Shown here: positions 1-11,247 of the stretch, piece by piece
Layout: each line of letters starts with the position of its first letter
Position numbering within the stretch: the first letter of the stretch is position 1
Translations under genes and position numbers: made by a program
Source of the DNA: Sporopachydermia quercuum
Lineage: Eukaryota
Direction: 5' to 3'
NCBI GenBank assembly: GCA_001599295.1
Contig: BCGN01000011.1
Location: 1-64,000 of the forward strand
Length of the DNA: 64,000 bases
Notes under the pieces: model-generated
Databases searched by the model: none
Told to the model about the DNA's origin: nothing
What the model saw: only the letters and a program-made list of their open reading frames with translations

Positions 1-509
1 GAGCAGATTCTTATAATCCAGTCCCTGCTTTAACCATACATGCACCACCATCGTCACCCAATCTTCTATCTTCCCAATTGTCACTATTTTTCACCTTCTT
101 TTTTCGGTCCTGCATGAACGTACTTATACTAAGAGTGATTCAGAAGTTAATTGATCACATAATAAACTATGTTCTTTTTTGAAAATATCAAGCCGCTTCT
201 TTATATAATAAAGTCACATGATACAGTTCTCCTCACCTTCAAGGGTTTCCTTATAAAGTTTATCACATGAAACTTTTACAAACAAGAGAGGGTCAATCGA
301 TGCATGTTACCTCATCGACTATAAAATGATCATCTACTCCACAATTGAGTATTCTCGCACTTGAGGCAGGACACACAATCTAATTTTTGGATGGTTTACA
401 GCGTAATATCAACGATTTTATGAGATTCAAGAGATATATAAATCAAGAGTAGTACTAGTATACAAGTTCTAAATATTAAAATTCAGAATAGAGTTGAATA
501 ATTGAAAGA

Positions 510-2051
510 ATGACTACATTGCAGAGGCAGGCAGTATCAAGAAGCTCATCTCATGGCAGGCTTCATTCACCGCATACCTCGAGACCTTCTTCTCGAGCAA
601 GCCACAGAGTTGGCAGTCAAGAAGAAGAAGAAGAAGAAGGTTTGACAAATGAATATCTGTCTATGTCATTTTCTAATTTGAACATTGATCAGATATTATC
701 AAGAGCTAATTCACCATCTCCAGGCGATGATGAATCAAGAAGTATTGACAACAGGATTTCCCCTACTGATCTATCGAAACGGACGATTAAGTCTTCTTTT
801 TCATCTGCTATTGAAACATTGGCTGATCCTCCAAGAAAAACCTCTTCTTTCGCTAGACAAAGAGCCCTTGCCATTCTCTATCGCACTTTATCGCAAAAGT
901 TTGAACCCGAAATGATGAATAGCCACATTTTTGAACTCGTGGCTGAATCATTACTGAATGGAAGATCAGATATCGAAGATAAGCTTGCTATGAGAACTTT
1001 GACCACAATGGCTTTTACTGATTTGGATGAGTGTGCTGAAATTATCGGTGAACGGATTCTACCTAAGCTCACTTCCATGATTTCTAATGAATCGGTCCAA
1101 GGAGACGTTCGTGCCGCTGCCGTTAGAACTTATTCTTTATTGCAGTTCCTAATGCTGAATAATTCTGGTGCCCATAATTTAGATGAAATCATAAACTTCT
1201 TGTTGTCCATTTTCATGGAATCAACTAACGAGGAAGCGGAACTTGGTGCCTGGTGTATTTTGGGCATTGGTCTTTTAACTGGTTGCGCCCAATCTACTGA
1301 AACCAATATAAACAGATTGATTTCTGAAGCAATTGATGCTCTAGTTGACGTAATACAAGGAACATATCCCCCTGATGTTAAGAATGCTGGTGGTAAAGTT
1401 ATTGCCCTCTACTATCAAATGTATCAGTATCAATTTTATGAGAGTGATACTGCTATGGAGTCTGAGGAAACATATGATGATGAAATAGATACTCCATATT
1501 TTGACACTCAGGGCCTGGTTGATCAGCTAAGTGCTTTGGCTCATGAATCAACACGCCATTTGTCTAGAAAGGATAAGAAGTCAACCCGATCGCTGTTCAG
1601 GGATGTTGTTACGACCGTGGAACAGTTTTCTTCCCTTTCTTCTCGTGATTTTGTTGTTCAATCATTGAGATCACCTAGCAGTATTACTTCTGCCGATTTC
1701 ACTATTTTACATTTGAAATTAAACAAAGCCAAAGCACTCAATATTGACTCTTGGTATAAGGTCATCCTTGTTCAACATTTAAGATGGTTATTGGAAGAAG
1801 GTTTGCATACTCAGATTGCTAATAATCCAACCATTCAAGAAGTTGTGAATGGCTCTTCTTTGTCTAATATCATTAACAGTAATATGAAAGAAGGCCCAAA
1901 CTTTGGTGGATCCTTTATTCCAACAACCAATAGTGCTGATGACGATCTGGCCTGGGCTAGCCCCACTCGAAAACTAACTGGAAAGGCCAAAACACTGGCT
2001 GTGAAGCAAGCTAGAGATGATAAACTGCTTTTAGCTACAAACATCAGCTAA
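510..2051 (+). CDS. IFRD (interferon-related developmental regulator) family protein, helical-repeat fold
   Basis: 513-aa ORF with a disordered Ser/Arg/Glu N-terminus and a helical core. It has IFRD-like segments 'AGGKVIALYYQ', 'LSALAHESTRHLSRKDKKSTRSLFRDVVTTVE', 'LNIDSWYKV...LRWLLEEGLHTQIANNPTIQ' and a C-terminal 'KQARDDK'. Confidence 0.75.
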   Translation: MTTLQRQAVSRSSSHGRLHSPHTSRPSSRASHRVGSQEEEEEEGLTNEYLSMSFSNLNIDQILSRANSPSPGDDESRSIDNRISPTDLSKRTIKSSFSSAIETLADPPRKTSSFARQRALAILYRTLSQKFEPEMMNSHIFELVAESLLNGRSDIEDKLAMRTLTTMAFTDLDECAEIIGERILPKLTSMISNESVQGDVRAAAVRTYSLLQFLMLNNSGAHNLDEIINFLLSIFMESTNEEAELGAWCILGIGLLTGCAQSTETNINRLISEAIDALVDVIQGTYPPDVKNAGGKVIALYYQMYQYQFYESDTAMESEETYDDEIDTPYFDTQGLVDQLSALAHESTRHLSRKDKKSTRSLFRDVVTTVEQFSSLSSRDFVVQSLRSPSSITSADFTILHLKLNKAKALNIDSWYKVILVQHLRWLLEEGLHTQIANNPTIQEVVNGSSLSNIINSNMKEGPNFGGSFIPTTNSADDDLAWASPTRKLTGKAKTLAVKQARDDKLLLATNIS

Positions 2052-2558
2052 ATGGCTTTGATGGTTCAGTTTCATTCTTGGGTTTATTGTAAGAAACTTT
2101 TGTATCTTTTTGGATATTCCTTAAGAGTTTTTTTGTTATCATTTTGTCCCTATTCNCCTCACTCTCCCCATAGGGCTTTATCTTATCTTATCTTATCTTT
2201 ATCTTAATTGCTTCAATGTAATTGCTTGCCGTGTTCAAAAAGGACACATATTCATTGCTGTCTGTTATTTATATATATTGTATTGTTTGTATTGTTTGTA
2301 TTGGTTTGGTTGATTGATGATTTACGATTGATGAGATTTTGTTTACAGTTTATATATTCAAAAGTGAATTCTGCTTGTAGTACGTTTACGTGTTTCCAGT
2401 TCGTTTGATTGTGTCTATCACTGAATTTGATAACTCATTGATAACTGAAGTTTATTTAGATGTGTTCTAACAGAATTCATTGATTGATGGTCAGTTTCAT
2501 AGTATAAATACATCCATAATATGCAGAATCTAGAGCCGTTTGAATAGTACTGCAATCT

Positions 2559-3965
2559 CTATTCTAATTCATCACCTTCAGGATCCTCATTTCTCTTAGT
2601 TAAAACATTGTATAATTCGAGCTCATCATTACTTAGAACAGAACAAAGATACCTCAAACCAGCCTGTTGAACTCTTAGCACTTCAACCAGCTTACTGACC
2701 TGTTCATCATTACCTCCACTGTTTCTAGCACTGTTCAATGAATCTCTGATATTGTTATTAAAATATTGAATGTTCTTTTCAAATGATCTACCGTCAGCTG
2801 ATTTATTGTTGCTTATAGTCTCCGGTGCGCTTAACTCTTTATTCAACTTGTTGCTGGTGAAGTAATTCCATTCTTCCCTGTCCACATCGTTGTCAGTACC
2901 ATCGTTAATACCAGAAGAGCTTCTAGCTTCCTTCAAGGTATTTAATTCTGCAACAATCTCGCTTATTTTTCCAAATCCATTGGCATCGTCTATAGTTTTC
3001 ATAAATTCGCTTAAGGTTGAGCTTAAAGATTCATCAAATGAACTTAAACTTTGCCCTTTATTCTTCAGGTACTCTAATTTAATGGCCAATACAAGACATC
3101 TATGCATCAACACTTTGAGCTTTCTTTTCATGGACTCAATTTTGACGGTAGTTATTAAATCATGCTTATCACTTAACGAGTTAATCTTTTCATGGGCATC
3201 GTTCATAATTGACCGGAAGCAATCAACTTGTCCTGATTGGACTTTTAATTTCAGCAAAACATCATTGAAACCTTGTGCTAAAACAGGTGCACTATTATGC
3301 TGATCTGGTCTTTGCCTAACAGCAGCTTCCCACTTCTGAGCGTTTTGATTCTCTGGTTTAGTTAAATGATTCGCCAAAGTTCCTTCGGGAATATCACGAG
3401 CATAGAAGTAAGTAGAAAATGCATAGTCAGGATGAGTAGGATTCACAGCATTTGCAACATTTATAAACATTTCATGTAAAGGAATTCTATTAGAGTCACT
3501 AACTGTTGAATTCAATAAGCCTAATGTATTGCTCGGTCCACCTATCAATGATGTGTTTGATGTGGCTGAGACTGGAACTGCCATACCGCCAGTTGTTTGG
3601 TTCGTTCCAACTTGTTGTGACGTAGTATTAAATAATGAAGACTGTAAAGGATTAACTGCTCCAGAAGCAGCATTATTAGAGTTAGTTCCTGTTGGTGTAT
3701 TAGCAATGGTACCACCAAATAGTGATTGAGTATTTGACGATGTGTTTGTTTGAAGCCCACCAAATAACGAGCTGGCTGGCTTGTTTGCTGTGTTAGTATT
3801 TGTATTGTTATTTGATCCAAATGAAAATCCACCACCTGTTTGCCCAGTTGTAGTTTGGTTTGTATTCAATCCTGCTCCAAATCCTGACCCAAGAGTAGAA
3901 CCAGTGTTGGAACCAGTAGCTGACCCCACTGTAGGTTTATTGAAACCCCCAAATGAGAATGACAT
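2559..3965 (-). CDS. NUP57: Central-channel FG nucleoporin Nup57/Nup54
   Basis: N-terminal FG/SLFG repeats (MSFSFGGF, SLFGG), then Nup54-type 'YAFSTYFY...KWEAAVRQRPD...PVLAQGFNDV' and a C-terminal coiled coil 'VLRVQQAGLRYL'. Confidence 0.85.
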   Translation of the reverse strand: MSFSFGGFNKPTVGSATGSNTGSTLGSGFGAGLNTNQTTTGQTGGGFSFGSNNNTNTNTANKPASSLFGGLQTNTSSNTQSLFGGTIANTPTGTNSNNAASGAVNPLQSSLFNTTSQQVGTNQTTGGMAVPVSATSNTSLIGGPSNTLGLLNSTVSDSNRIPLHEMFINVANAVNPTHPDYAFSTYFYARDIPEGTLANHLTKPENQNAQKWEAAVRQRPDQHNSAPVLAQGFNDVLLKLKVQSGQVDCFRSIMNDAHEKINSLSDKHDLITTVKIESMKRKLKVLMHRCLVLAIKLEYLKNKGQSLSSFDESLSSTLSEFMKTIDDANGFGKISEIVAELNTLKEARSSSGINDGTDNDVDREEWNYFTSNKLNKELSAPETISNNKSADGRSFEKNIQYFNNNIRDSLNSARNSGGNDEQVSKLVEVLRVQQAGLRYLCSVLSNDELELYNVLTKRNEDPEGDELE

Positions 3966-5073
3966 TATGAGAATAGGAGAATGAGATTAGTTGAACCACA
4001 CGTGACAGTATACACAGTAGGATAAAATATTACTTCCTAGAGCTGAAGTATAACGAATTGATTTAATTCAGGTACTTCTCCGTAGCAAGATCATTCAAAA
4101 TCTGGTTTGATCTGATGATATGCGCTTTCTCCTTGTGTCAACTGCTTGTTTCTCAATGCAAAGGTAATAAGATAGTATGATGATACGCGTTAAATCAATG
4201 GCCAAATTTCCGCCAAATCAATTACTGATTCATCAAACTTTGACTCCCTGTTTTCCCTTCTCATCCTTCTGCAAGTGGGATTTATCATCAATCACAATGT
4301 AACGTAATAATCCTTCTGTCAGTAAATAAAAACATTCCATACAAAAAGAGAAACAGTATTAAACACTTCACATCTCCTTACAAGCAGTTCATAAAAAGAG
4401 ATTTTCCATACATTTATAGTACACCTATGCACCCACTATCTTCAGAAATGCAATTTCAATATAACATCTCCTTCTGTAATTTCTTATATGAGGTGAGACT
4501 TGATATGAATGTTATCAAGTATGATATTTACGCTGAAACTCAATTTCTACAACGGGCTTAGCGTAAATAACAGACCTTCCTCAGCAACCAACCATATTCG
4601 TCGCTTTAGGCATGCATATCATTATGGGATGGGTTTCTACTCTGTCTATCTGATGATTGAGCGAAAATCTACAGTGGATATATTATTACTTGCCGACGAT
4701 CGAGCTACTATTCGAGAGGTCTATTCAAAGAGATTAACTGTAAGACTCAGAATCAACAGGGAAACCAGGTAGAAGTTGTTCCAGGAAAAGAGTTTCTGGA
4801 ATTGAATCAAAGGCTCAAAGACTATTGTATTGTATCACTTGGTCTGTTTACAGAGACAGGGAAGATAAGAATACATATATAAGAGTAGAATATAACATCT
4901 GAACCAGAGACTCAATAGCATATTATTAGCATTGGAAGTTGTTTGAAGGATTGAATCGAAAAGTGTTAATTCTCAAAAGACTACAGGAAACAATACAGTA
5001 CAAATAAATATCTACCAATAACTGTTAGATTACCTTACAGAACTATTCGCAATAATTTTCATCAATTATCACA

Positions 5074-5604
5074 ATGTCAGCATTACCAGAAAGAGACGTG
5101 AAAGTTCAATTCAAGGTACTGGTAGACCCAACACCAATGCCTGATCACATTCCTGATTGTCCTGAAGTTGGAGCCACATCAGCACCATTACTATCAGCAT
5201 CATATTTCATTGGTGCCAGATGTTTACCTTATAATGATGATTTTATGCTTTGTAAGAAAGAATCAAAAGGCAATGGGCAATTTGATTGTTTAAAAGAAGG
5301 ACGTAGAGTTACAAGATGTGCTATTTCTGTTTTGAAAGATATCAACACTCACTGCTTAGATTCTTTCCGATTACATTGGCAATGTTTGGAACAGAACAAT
5401 CATGAATTGAATGGCTGCAGAACAGCTGAGAAATTATTGAATAAATGTGTATTTGATAACTTAAAACTGGAGAAGAAGATCCCCGATATACCAGAAAATG
5501 AGGTTCCTATTCATTTGAAGGAAAAACCACTATATCTACCAAATGTTGAAGATGCTGCTTCGAGGAAGGCTTATGAGTTGGCAAGAGCAGAAGGTAAAAT
5601 ATAA
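5074..5604 (+). CDS. NDUFA8: NADH:ubiquinone oxidoreductase (complex I) accessory subunit NDUFA8/NUPM
   Basis: 'EVGATSAPLLSASYFIGARC...NDDFMLCK...CLKEGRRVTRCA...CLDSFRLHWQCLEQNN...CRTAEKLLNKC' gives four CX9C motifs, typical of the fungal 20.8-kDa subunit. Confidence 0.95.
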   Translation: MSALPERDVKVQFKVLVDPTPMPDHIPDCPEVGATSAPLLSASYFIGARCLPYNDDFMLCKKESKGNGQFDCLKEGRRVTRCAISVLKDINTHCLDSFRLHWQCLEQNNHELNGCRTAEKLLNKCVFDNLKLEKKIPDIPENEVPIHLKEKPLYLPNVEDAASRKAYELARAEGKI

Positions 5605-6120
5605 TTGATAGCTATTTTCTACTAGAAAACATCAAATTACATTCATCATATTTTTCTTGTTTGGTTTTTTATGGGGATTGTTCGCTTCTGGAGCTCAATT
5701 GAAGGAGAAGTTCTTTCGACGGATTATCGCTAACTGTTTTGGTTTACGGAAAGAGAACAAAATGTTTTATTTATTAAAATCAGGTACTTAAATAACTTCT
5801 ACATGGTAATTGGGTTTCCGCTGGTTAATGTAAACTGGTCTGTCATCTTGGTTGGAACAGCATATATCTTCAACTTGATCCGATATAGAATTACATCTTG
5901 GTTAGTTATACTAACAATGCATTTTTCATTTTGTTTTACTTCTTTATTTGGAACGAGGCACTATCTCATAGTTCAGTAAAGAAAAGGAGATCGTAGGAAA
6001 TGTTAGCTGGTCGTTTTCCTAAGCCTTATTTATGGAACTGCGTAAAAGCTATGCGACCTGATTGAGTACATTAATAGAATAGATGGTATTATATCTATAG
6101 TAAGTGTGGTTCTATTATTA

Positions 6121-9100
6121 CTAATTCTCACGACCTTCTTTCAACTTATTGATCTTGGCGATAGCATTATTCATTTCGAATCGAAGAACAATCTGTAAAG
6201 CTGCATCTAATGCCTTGTCAGTATTGAGTAGATTTGCTAGTGCTACAGTCTTATTAGTTTTTCCTTCCTGACAGGCATTATATATCAACCTTAGAACTGT
6301 CTTATCAGAAGAAATCTTCTGCTCCTGTAAAGCGACCTGCATATCATCAACGTCAAGATCCTCTGACTCATCATATGTTTCTTCAGTAGCCATTCTGCAA
6401 TCAATTGTGTCTTGTACCAACTGTTGAAAGATCATTTGATGCATAAACTCTTGATGGAAACCGAATATTTTATATTCTTCTTCATCTACATCCTCTGGCA
6501 CTTCATCTTCATCATCAATTGTTCCGTCTCTAACGATTTTCACTTTGCTGAAACCAGGAGCGATAGGGACAGTTGCTTGAATCTCAATTGGCATGCTTAA
6601 AGGAATACTAGGGGGATCATTAACTCCATTGGTTAAAACACAAGAGATTCTGCCTTGATCAACGGAAATTGGCCAATAACCTTCGGATTTTTCGTTCTCA
6701 GCGTCCGCTTTATTTCTTGATAGCATTTTTTTCAAATCAAGCAGTGGAACCCATCTAGCATTATTAGGTGAACCTTTTCTCCAGTGCAATAAAACCAATA
6801 GAGTGCCAGTTGAATCAAATATAACTGGGTCCCCATTAGACGAGAAGAACATGTTTTTAAGCTTGTTTCCGTCAATGATATTAATATCCAATACTTGATC
6901 TCTTTGTAGGAATCTTCCTCCACCAAGAGCAGTACTTCCGGTTGACGAAGACGAACTAATACCATAATCTTCAATTGAATAGGTCAAATGATTCCCATTT
7001 GACCTTACAGACCACACATAGTCTTTCCAAGTGCTAATTGACACTATGGGACCATTCGATTGCCGATAGATACCCAAAGGTGTACCATGAATATCATAAA
7101 TACGAATATAACCATTGGTTGTACTGATAACAACAACTTTTGAGCTAACAGCAATTGCATTAATGCCATCCTCTTCTTCACCAGAATCGCTTTCACCATA
7201 TGAATCACTCTTACCTATAATTGATGTTCTATTGAACACTGGGAAGCTCAACTCCCAACTATCCATGATATTATCATGAGGCCTATAAAGGAAAGTAGAG
7301 TAGAACTGTGATCTTTTTCCTTGATATATTTTTCTTTGTCTCTGGTTTTCTTTGAAGCCTCTGGCAAATATACATGCGTCTTTACTTATTGCGGCTAAAT
7401 CATAACCTATATGATCATCAAAATGATACTCTCTGTGCAGGCTTTTATCAAAGAAAGAAACTGTAACAGAAAATCTTCTATCCTCTAAATTTGAGCTATT
7501 CGGTTCTAAATTAACAGTCCATGCATAACCAATAGAATTCATTGTTAAGTACTTCCGATTGTTTTTCCACTCAGTACTTCCAGGTTGGAAAGGTTCCTGG
7601 CCAATTGGTTTGGTATCAAATTTACTCTTAGTTAAAGAAAATGTAGCGGTTGAAGGTTGATAAGCAGATGGCCTATCAGCCAAATCTTCAATCCTTCTTT
7701 TCTTTTGAGAAGTATAACCTGCACCATCATTGTCAACAATCCAATCATCTATATCATCACCTGCATCGTATTGATCGTCTGCCGGTGTAAGCATATTGAG
7801 ATCATCATCTAAATCATCACCAAATTCTTCTTTTCCCAGATTTGAAGGTTCTTGAAGAGGTTTGATATCATTATTTGTATGATTATGAGCAATTGGTTCC
7901 TTTGGTTCTTCCTGCTCGTATTTCTTCTCTTTATTCTCTTCCAATAGTTCAGAATTCTGAGCTTCTTTTCTTTTCTTTCTTAGTTCTTGCTTTCTTTTCT
8001 TCTTAGCCTCTCTCTTAAATGCTTTTATGTCATAGGTTACTCCAGATCTCTTTATCTTCCCCTGTCGTTGTTTTTTCCCCTCTTCCTCGTCTTCATCTTC
8101 ATCTTCATCTGTTTCTTCTGCCTCGTCTACTTCCACTCCTTCCTCGTCATCTTCTTCATCCCCATCCTCATCATCTTCACTCGCCACATCATCAACTAAT
8201 ATATTTCTGTGTCTAGTTTGTTCATCCTCTTCATCTTCATCCTCATCTTCCATATCACTTATATCATCCTCATCATCCTCTAAATATAGTATTCTCTTAG
8301 CTGTTGAATTCCTTGTTCCTAAATCGAAGTCAGACAAAAAATGAGTAAATACTATGATGGATCCACCGTTGGTACTAACAAATAGTTTACCTTTCGTTGA
8401 TTCAACAGAACCCCAAGATAAAGAAATAGGATACCCTAAAGATTCCTCCAGCTTTTCATCTTCAGATTCTTCTATCTGGTCGCATGTGAACGTATTGATC
8501 AGTTTCTTCGTACTGATATGCCAAATTATAATTCTTCTATCGGTTCCCGAACATGAAGCTAAAAATTCACCGTCGGAAGAAATTTCTAATGCAGTTATTA
8601 GAGACTTGTGGGAAATTGTGGCTGGATCACTCAAAGTGCCGTGTTCTGCAAAATTATCGGGAACAGAGTACAAAGCAATTTCTTTATTGATGGTTGGAAA
8701 TGCCAGCAGGTCGCCTTTTGGACTCCATACAGCTTTGGATGAAATGTCTTTGTCAGGTTCGGAAAGGCCAATTTTAATTACTTTAGGAATGCCATCCAAT
8801 TGCTTGATGAGTTTTAAAGACGTCTTATTTTTACCATTAGCACCTTCTCCATCTAATGCTTGTTCTAGTTGATCCCCATCGGTATCAGCGATCTCACTAT
8901 CCTGGAACGAAAATACACTAACTTTACCATCAGTTCCACTAGTTGCTAAAAAATCACCTTTTGGACTAAATGAGACGTAAACGTATGATACAGAGGTATT
9001 GCTATTTGGTATAGTGATTGTTTCTGAATTAGAATCTATACTCACTAATTTTGAAGTACCATCATCAGAAACTATCGCAACCCATTTCTCATTAGGAGAA

Positions 9101-9435
9101 ACTGAAACATCTCGAATAGGTAAAGTTACTCTGAGAAGAGTTTTCAACTCTTCTCCTGTTTCTGTATTAAATAACTTAGATGTTCCATCAATTGAACCTG
9201 AAACAATATAAGAACCTAATGGAGATACCGTAACACAGGATGCATCATCACGATGGGCACTGATAGGAAAAGGTTCACTAAAAATATCGCTTTTCGCAAA
9301 TTTACGTAAAATCCCCATTGGGGCTGCTGACACTAAATTTGAGCCATCCCTGGAGCATGAAATATATATTCTCCCTGATTTCCTTGAGATTTTTTTCGCC
9401 CTTATTTGAGGGTGAGTCATTTGATCTATTGACAT
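6121..9435 (-). CDS. CTF4: Replisome hub Ctf4/Mcl1/AND-1 (WD40 + SepB domains); start probably at 9435 or 9420 rather than 9552
   Basis: N-terminal WD40 propeller, a long acidic linker, then SepB 'QEPFQPGSTEW...KYLTMNSIGYAW...VTVSFFDKSLHREYHFDD', 'FFSSNGDPVIFDSTG', 'WVPLLD' and the helical 'DKTVLRLIYNACQEGK'. The start choice is inferred from typical Ctf4 N-terminal length. Confidence 0.93.
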   Translation of the reverse strand: MSIDQMTHPQIRAKKISRKSGRIYISCSRDGSNLVSAAPMGILRKFAKSDIFSEPFPISAHRDDASCVTVSPLGSYIVSGSIDGTSKLFNTETGEELKTLLRVTLPIRDVSVSPNEKWVAIVSDDGTSKLVSIDSNSETITIPNSNTSVSYVYVSFSPKGDFLATSGTDGKVSVFSFQDSEIADTDGDQLEQALDGEGANGKNKTSLKLIKQLDGIPKVIKIGLSEPDKDISSKAVWSPKGDLLAFPTINKEIALYSVPDNFAEHGTLSDPATISHKSLITALEISSDGEFLASCSGTDRRIIIWHISTKKLINTFTCDQIEESEDEKLEESLGYPISLSWGSVESTKGKLFVSTNGGSIIVFTHFLSDFDLGTRNSTAKRILYLEDDEDDISDMEDEDEDEEDEQTRHRNILVDDVASEDDEDGDEEDDEEGVEVDEAEETDEDEDEDEEEGKKQRQGKIKRSGVTYDIKAFKREAKKKRKQELRKKRKEAQNSELLEENKEKKYEQEEPKEPIAHNHTNNDIKPLQEPSNLGKEEFGDDLDDDLNMLTPADDQYDAGDDIDDWIVDNDGAGYTSQKKRRIEDLADRPSAYQPSTATFSLTKSKFDTKPIGQEPFQPGSTEWKNNRKYLTMNSIGYAWTVNLEPNSSNLEDRRFSVTVSFFDKSLHREYHFDDHIGYDLAAISKDACIFARGFKENQRQRKIYQGKRSQFYSTFLYRPHDNIMDSWELSFPVFNRTSIIGKSDSYGESDSGEEEDGINAIAVSSKVVVISTTNGYIRIYDIHGTPLGIYRQSNGPIVSISTWKDYVWSVRSNGNHLTYSIEDYGISSSSSTGSTALGGGRFLQRDQVLDINIIDGNKLKNMFFSSNGDPVIFDSTGTLLVLLHWRKGSPNNARWVPLLDLKKMLSRNKADAENEKSEGYWPISVDQGRISCVLTNGVNDPPSIPLSMPIEIQATVPIAPGFSKVKIVRDGTIDDEDEVPEDVDEEEYKIFGFHQEFMHQMIFQQLVQDTIDCRMATEETYDESEDLDVDDMQVALQEQKISSDKTVLRLIYNACQEGKTNKTVALANLLNTDKALDAALQIVLRFEMNNAIAKINKLKEGREN

Positions 9436-9458
9436 TGAATATGCCTCACTATCACTTG

Positions 9459-9705
9459 ACGCGTTACGAGCTGTTCGATTAGAGATATCAATGTAGTCTT
9501 TTGGTCTACTTGAAAAATGAGTTACCCCAAAAGCGTGTTCACGAGATTTCATGAAGATTGTTGAAACAAAAGACAGTCACTAAAATAACGAATAAATGAT
9601 AAGAAACAGCTATATTTTTGGACAGTAGCTCCAATATATTTTATTTATGATCTGGTTCGCGAGAACGAATTGAAAGAGAAACCACCTTCAAATCTTATCA
9701 CGCGT
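9459..9705. promoter_or_regulatory. Two MCB (ACGCGT) G1/S elements upstream of CTF4
   Basis: ACGCGT at 9459-9464 and 9700-9705. MCB boxes are characteristic of DNA-replication gene promoters in yeasts. Confidence 0.6.
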
Positions 9706-10017
9706 AATCGTCGTGTTTGTGGTAGGATTAACTTTAGAGTAATAAACTATTATGTGATCATAATGTACCAGTATTTTGTTCTCAGACGAAATTGTAGATG
9801 ATAGATTCCACACATTTAATCAGGTGCAGCACTGCTACAGATTTCATTCAATTTATTTACCCATCAGATAAGCAACTGTTTTGATTTTGAAAGTAAATCG
9901 CTGCTAGGTATTGTTGATTATGGCATGTATTGCTGTTTAGTGGTGTTTTTAGTACTGAGGAAAGATAGTAATCAAATATTAGTATACCAGACAGTTTCAA
10001 CGCTGAGATAAGAAACA

Positions 10018-11002
10018 ATGACTACAGAACTGAGTTCTAACAGTGGTCTCACCAATGGAAACGGTGAGAAGATTGTAATATCTGACACCAGCAAAAGATA
10101 TGATGATGACGATTTAGATTTTTTGAATGACGGGGATATAAATGATTATGGTATTACGGGAACAGATTCTCTACCGTTTCTGAAAGAACTAGACAGAGCA
10201 GTGTTCTCGAGAGCAGATTTCAATATTGATGAATACTTGTATGAAAACCATAGATATATGACTTTACAAGACTTGAGGACACAAGTGAATCAATTACTAC
10301 AGCAGCTGAATCAAGAACTAATAGACCTGGTGAATATAGATTACAATGACTTTGTAAATTTGGGGAAATCACTCAAAGGAAAGGACAAGAACATAGAGGA
10401 ATTGAAAGTAGGAGTAATGAGATATGATAAGGAACTAAAGGTATGCTTAGATCAATAGTGAAAAAGATTATAAATATATCAGTTTTTAAGTTTTTACTAA
10501 CTAGGAATATATTTAGTCCATCAAATCAAGCTTGAACACAAGTTCGTCAGTTGTCTCTAAATCAATTGATAATCAGAAATCACTATATATCATGAAACAG
10601 TTAGTTCGATTGCTTATATTGCAAAGCGAATATATTACCCAAATGGAAACATTATTACAAAAATGTGGCGATGAATCAAAACCAAAAGAGAATATAGATC
10701 AAAGGGTATTCTATTTACAGCAAGTAACGCATATGTTTATTTCTTCTCAAAGTCTTACAACAACCATAGTTCAAAATGGTATCGATTACTTGCATTTACA
10801 ACAATTGGATCATCATCAGATTCTGCAATCTAATATCTCCAAGTTGAATATCATCAGGAATCTATTACTAAATAGACTGAAAACCATTCTAAAGGAAATC
10901 AAGTCTGATGTAAGAACATCTTCATCTAAAGATCAAGCTTTAGTAATTATGTCTTTATTCATCAAATTGAATGAAATCAAGGAAGCTGTCAGGAAGAGAT
11001 AG
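10018..11002 (+). CDS. COG2: COG complex subunit 2; two exons (10018-10440, 10517-11002), about 302 aa
   Basis: COG2 N-terminal motif 'FSRADFNIDEYLYENHRYMTLQDLR...ELIDLVNIDYNDFVNLG'. The two ORF-track pieces join in frame across the intron at 10441-10516. Confidence 0.85.
10441..10516 (+). other. Spliceosomal intron in COG2 (76 nt, phase 0)
   Basis: 5' GTATGC at 10441, branch TACTAAC at 10495-10501, 3' TAG at 10514-10516. Splicing restores the frame (...KELK|SIKSSLN...). Confidence 0.85.
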
Positions 11003-11227
11003 AGAGAGTAACATGATGACTCATTTTACCGTGTCGTCTTTTATTATTGACATCTCTTCCGTCTATTACAACGTTATAACCACTGATTCTGAATTCAAAC
11101 ATTATATCATTGATATTCATCAATCTTTAGAGATCCCATCCTCCTTATTGTATTATCACCTCATATGATTATGTAATATTTTATTTTAGGTGAGACCTGG
11201 TGGTATCATCATATATAAATTCCCGTA

Positions 11228-11247
11228 CCGGGTAACATAATTTTTCA
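11228..11247. promoter_or_regulatory. Reb1-like site plus RRPE element upstream of RRP9
   Basis: CCGGGTAA at 11228-11235 and AATTTTTCA at 11239-11247 (reverse complement TGAAAAATT). This is the typical ribosome-biogenesis promoter arrangement. Confidence 0.6.

Noticed and set aside
4177..4228. ATGATGA...CTGA resembling a C/D box snoRNA
   Set aside because: It is only about 52 nt, has a poor terminal stem, and has no rRNA-complementary guide that I can identify.
5780..5975. TACTAAC at 5909-5915 suggesting a 3'UTR intron of NDUFA8
   Set aside because: There is no good 5' donor, and the nearest AG is a distant GAG. It is unsupported without RNA data.
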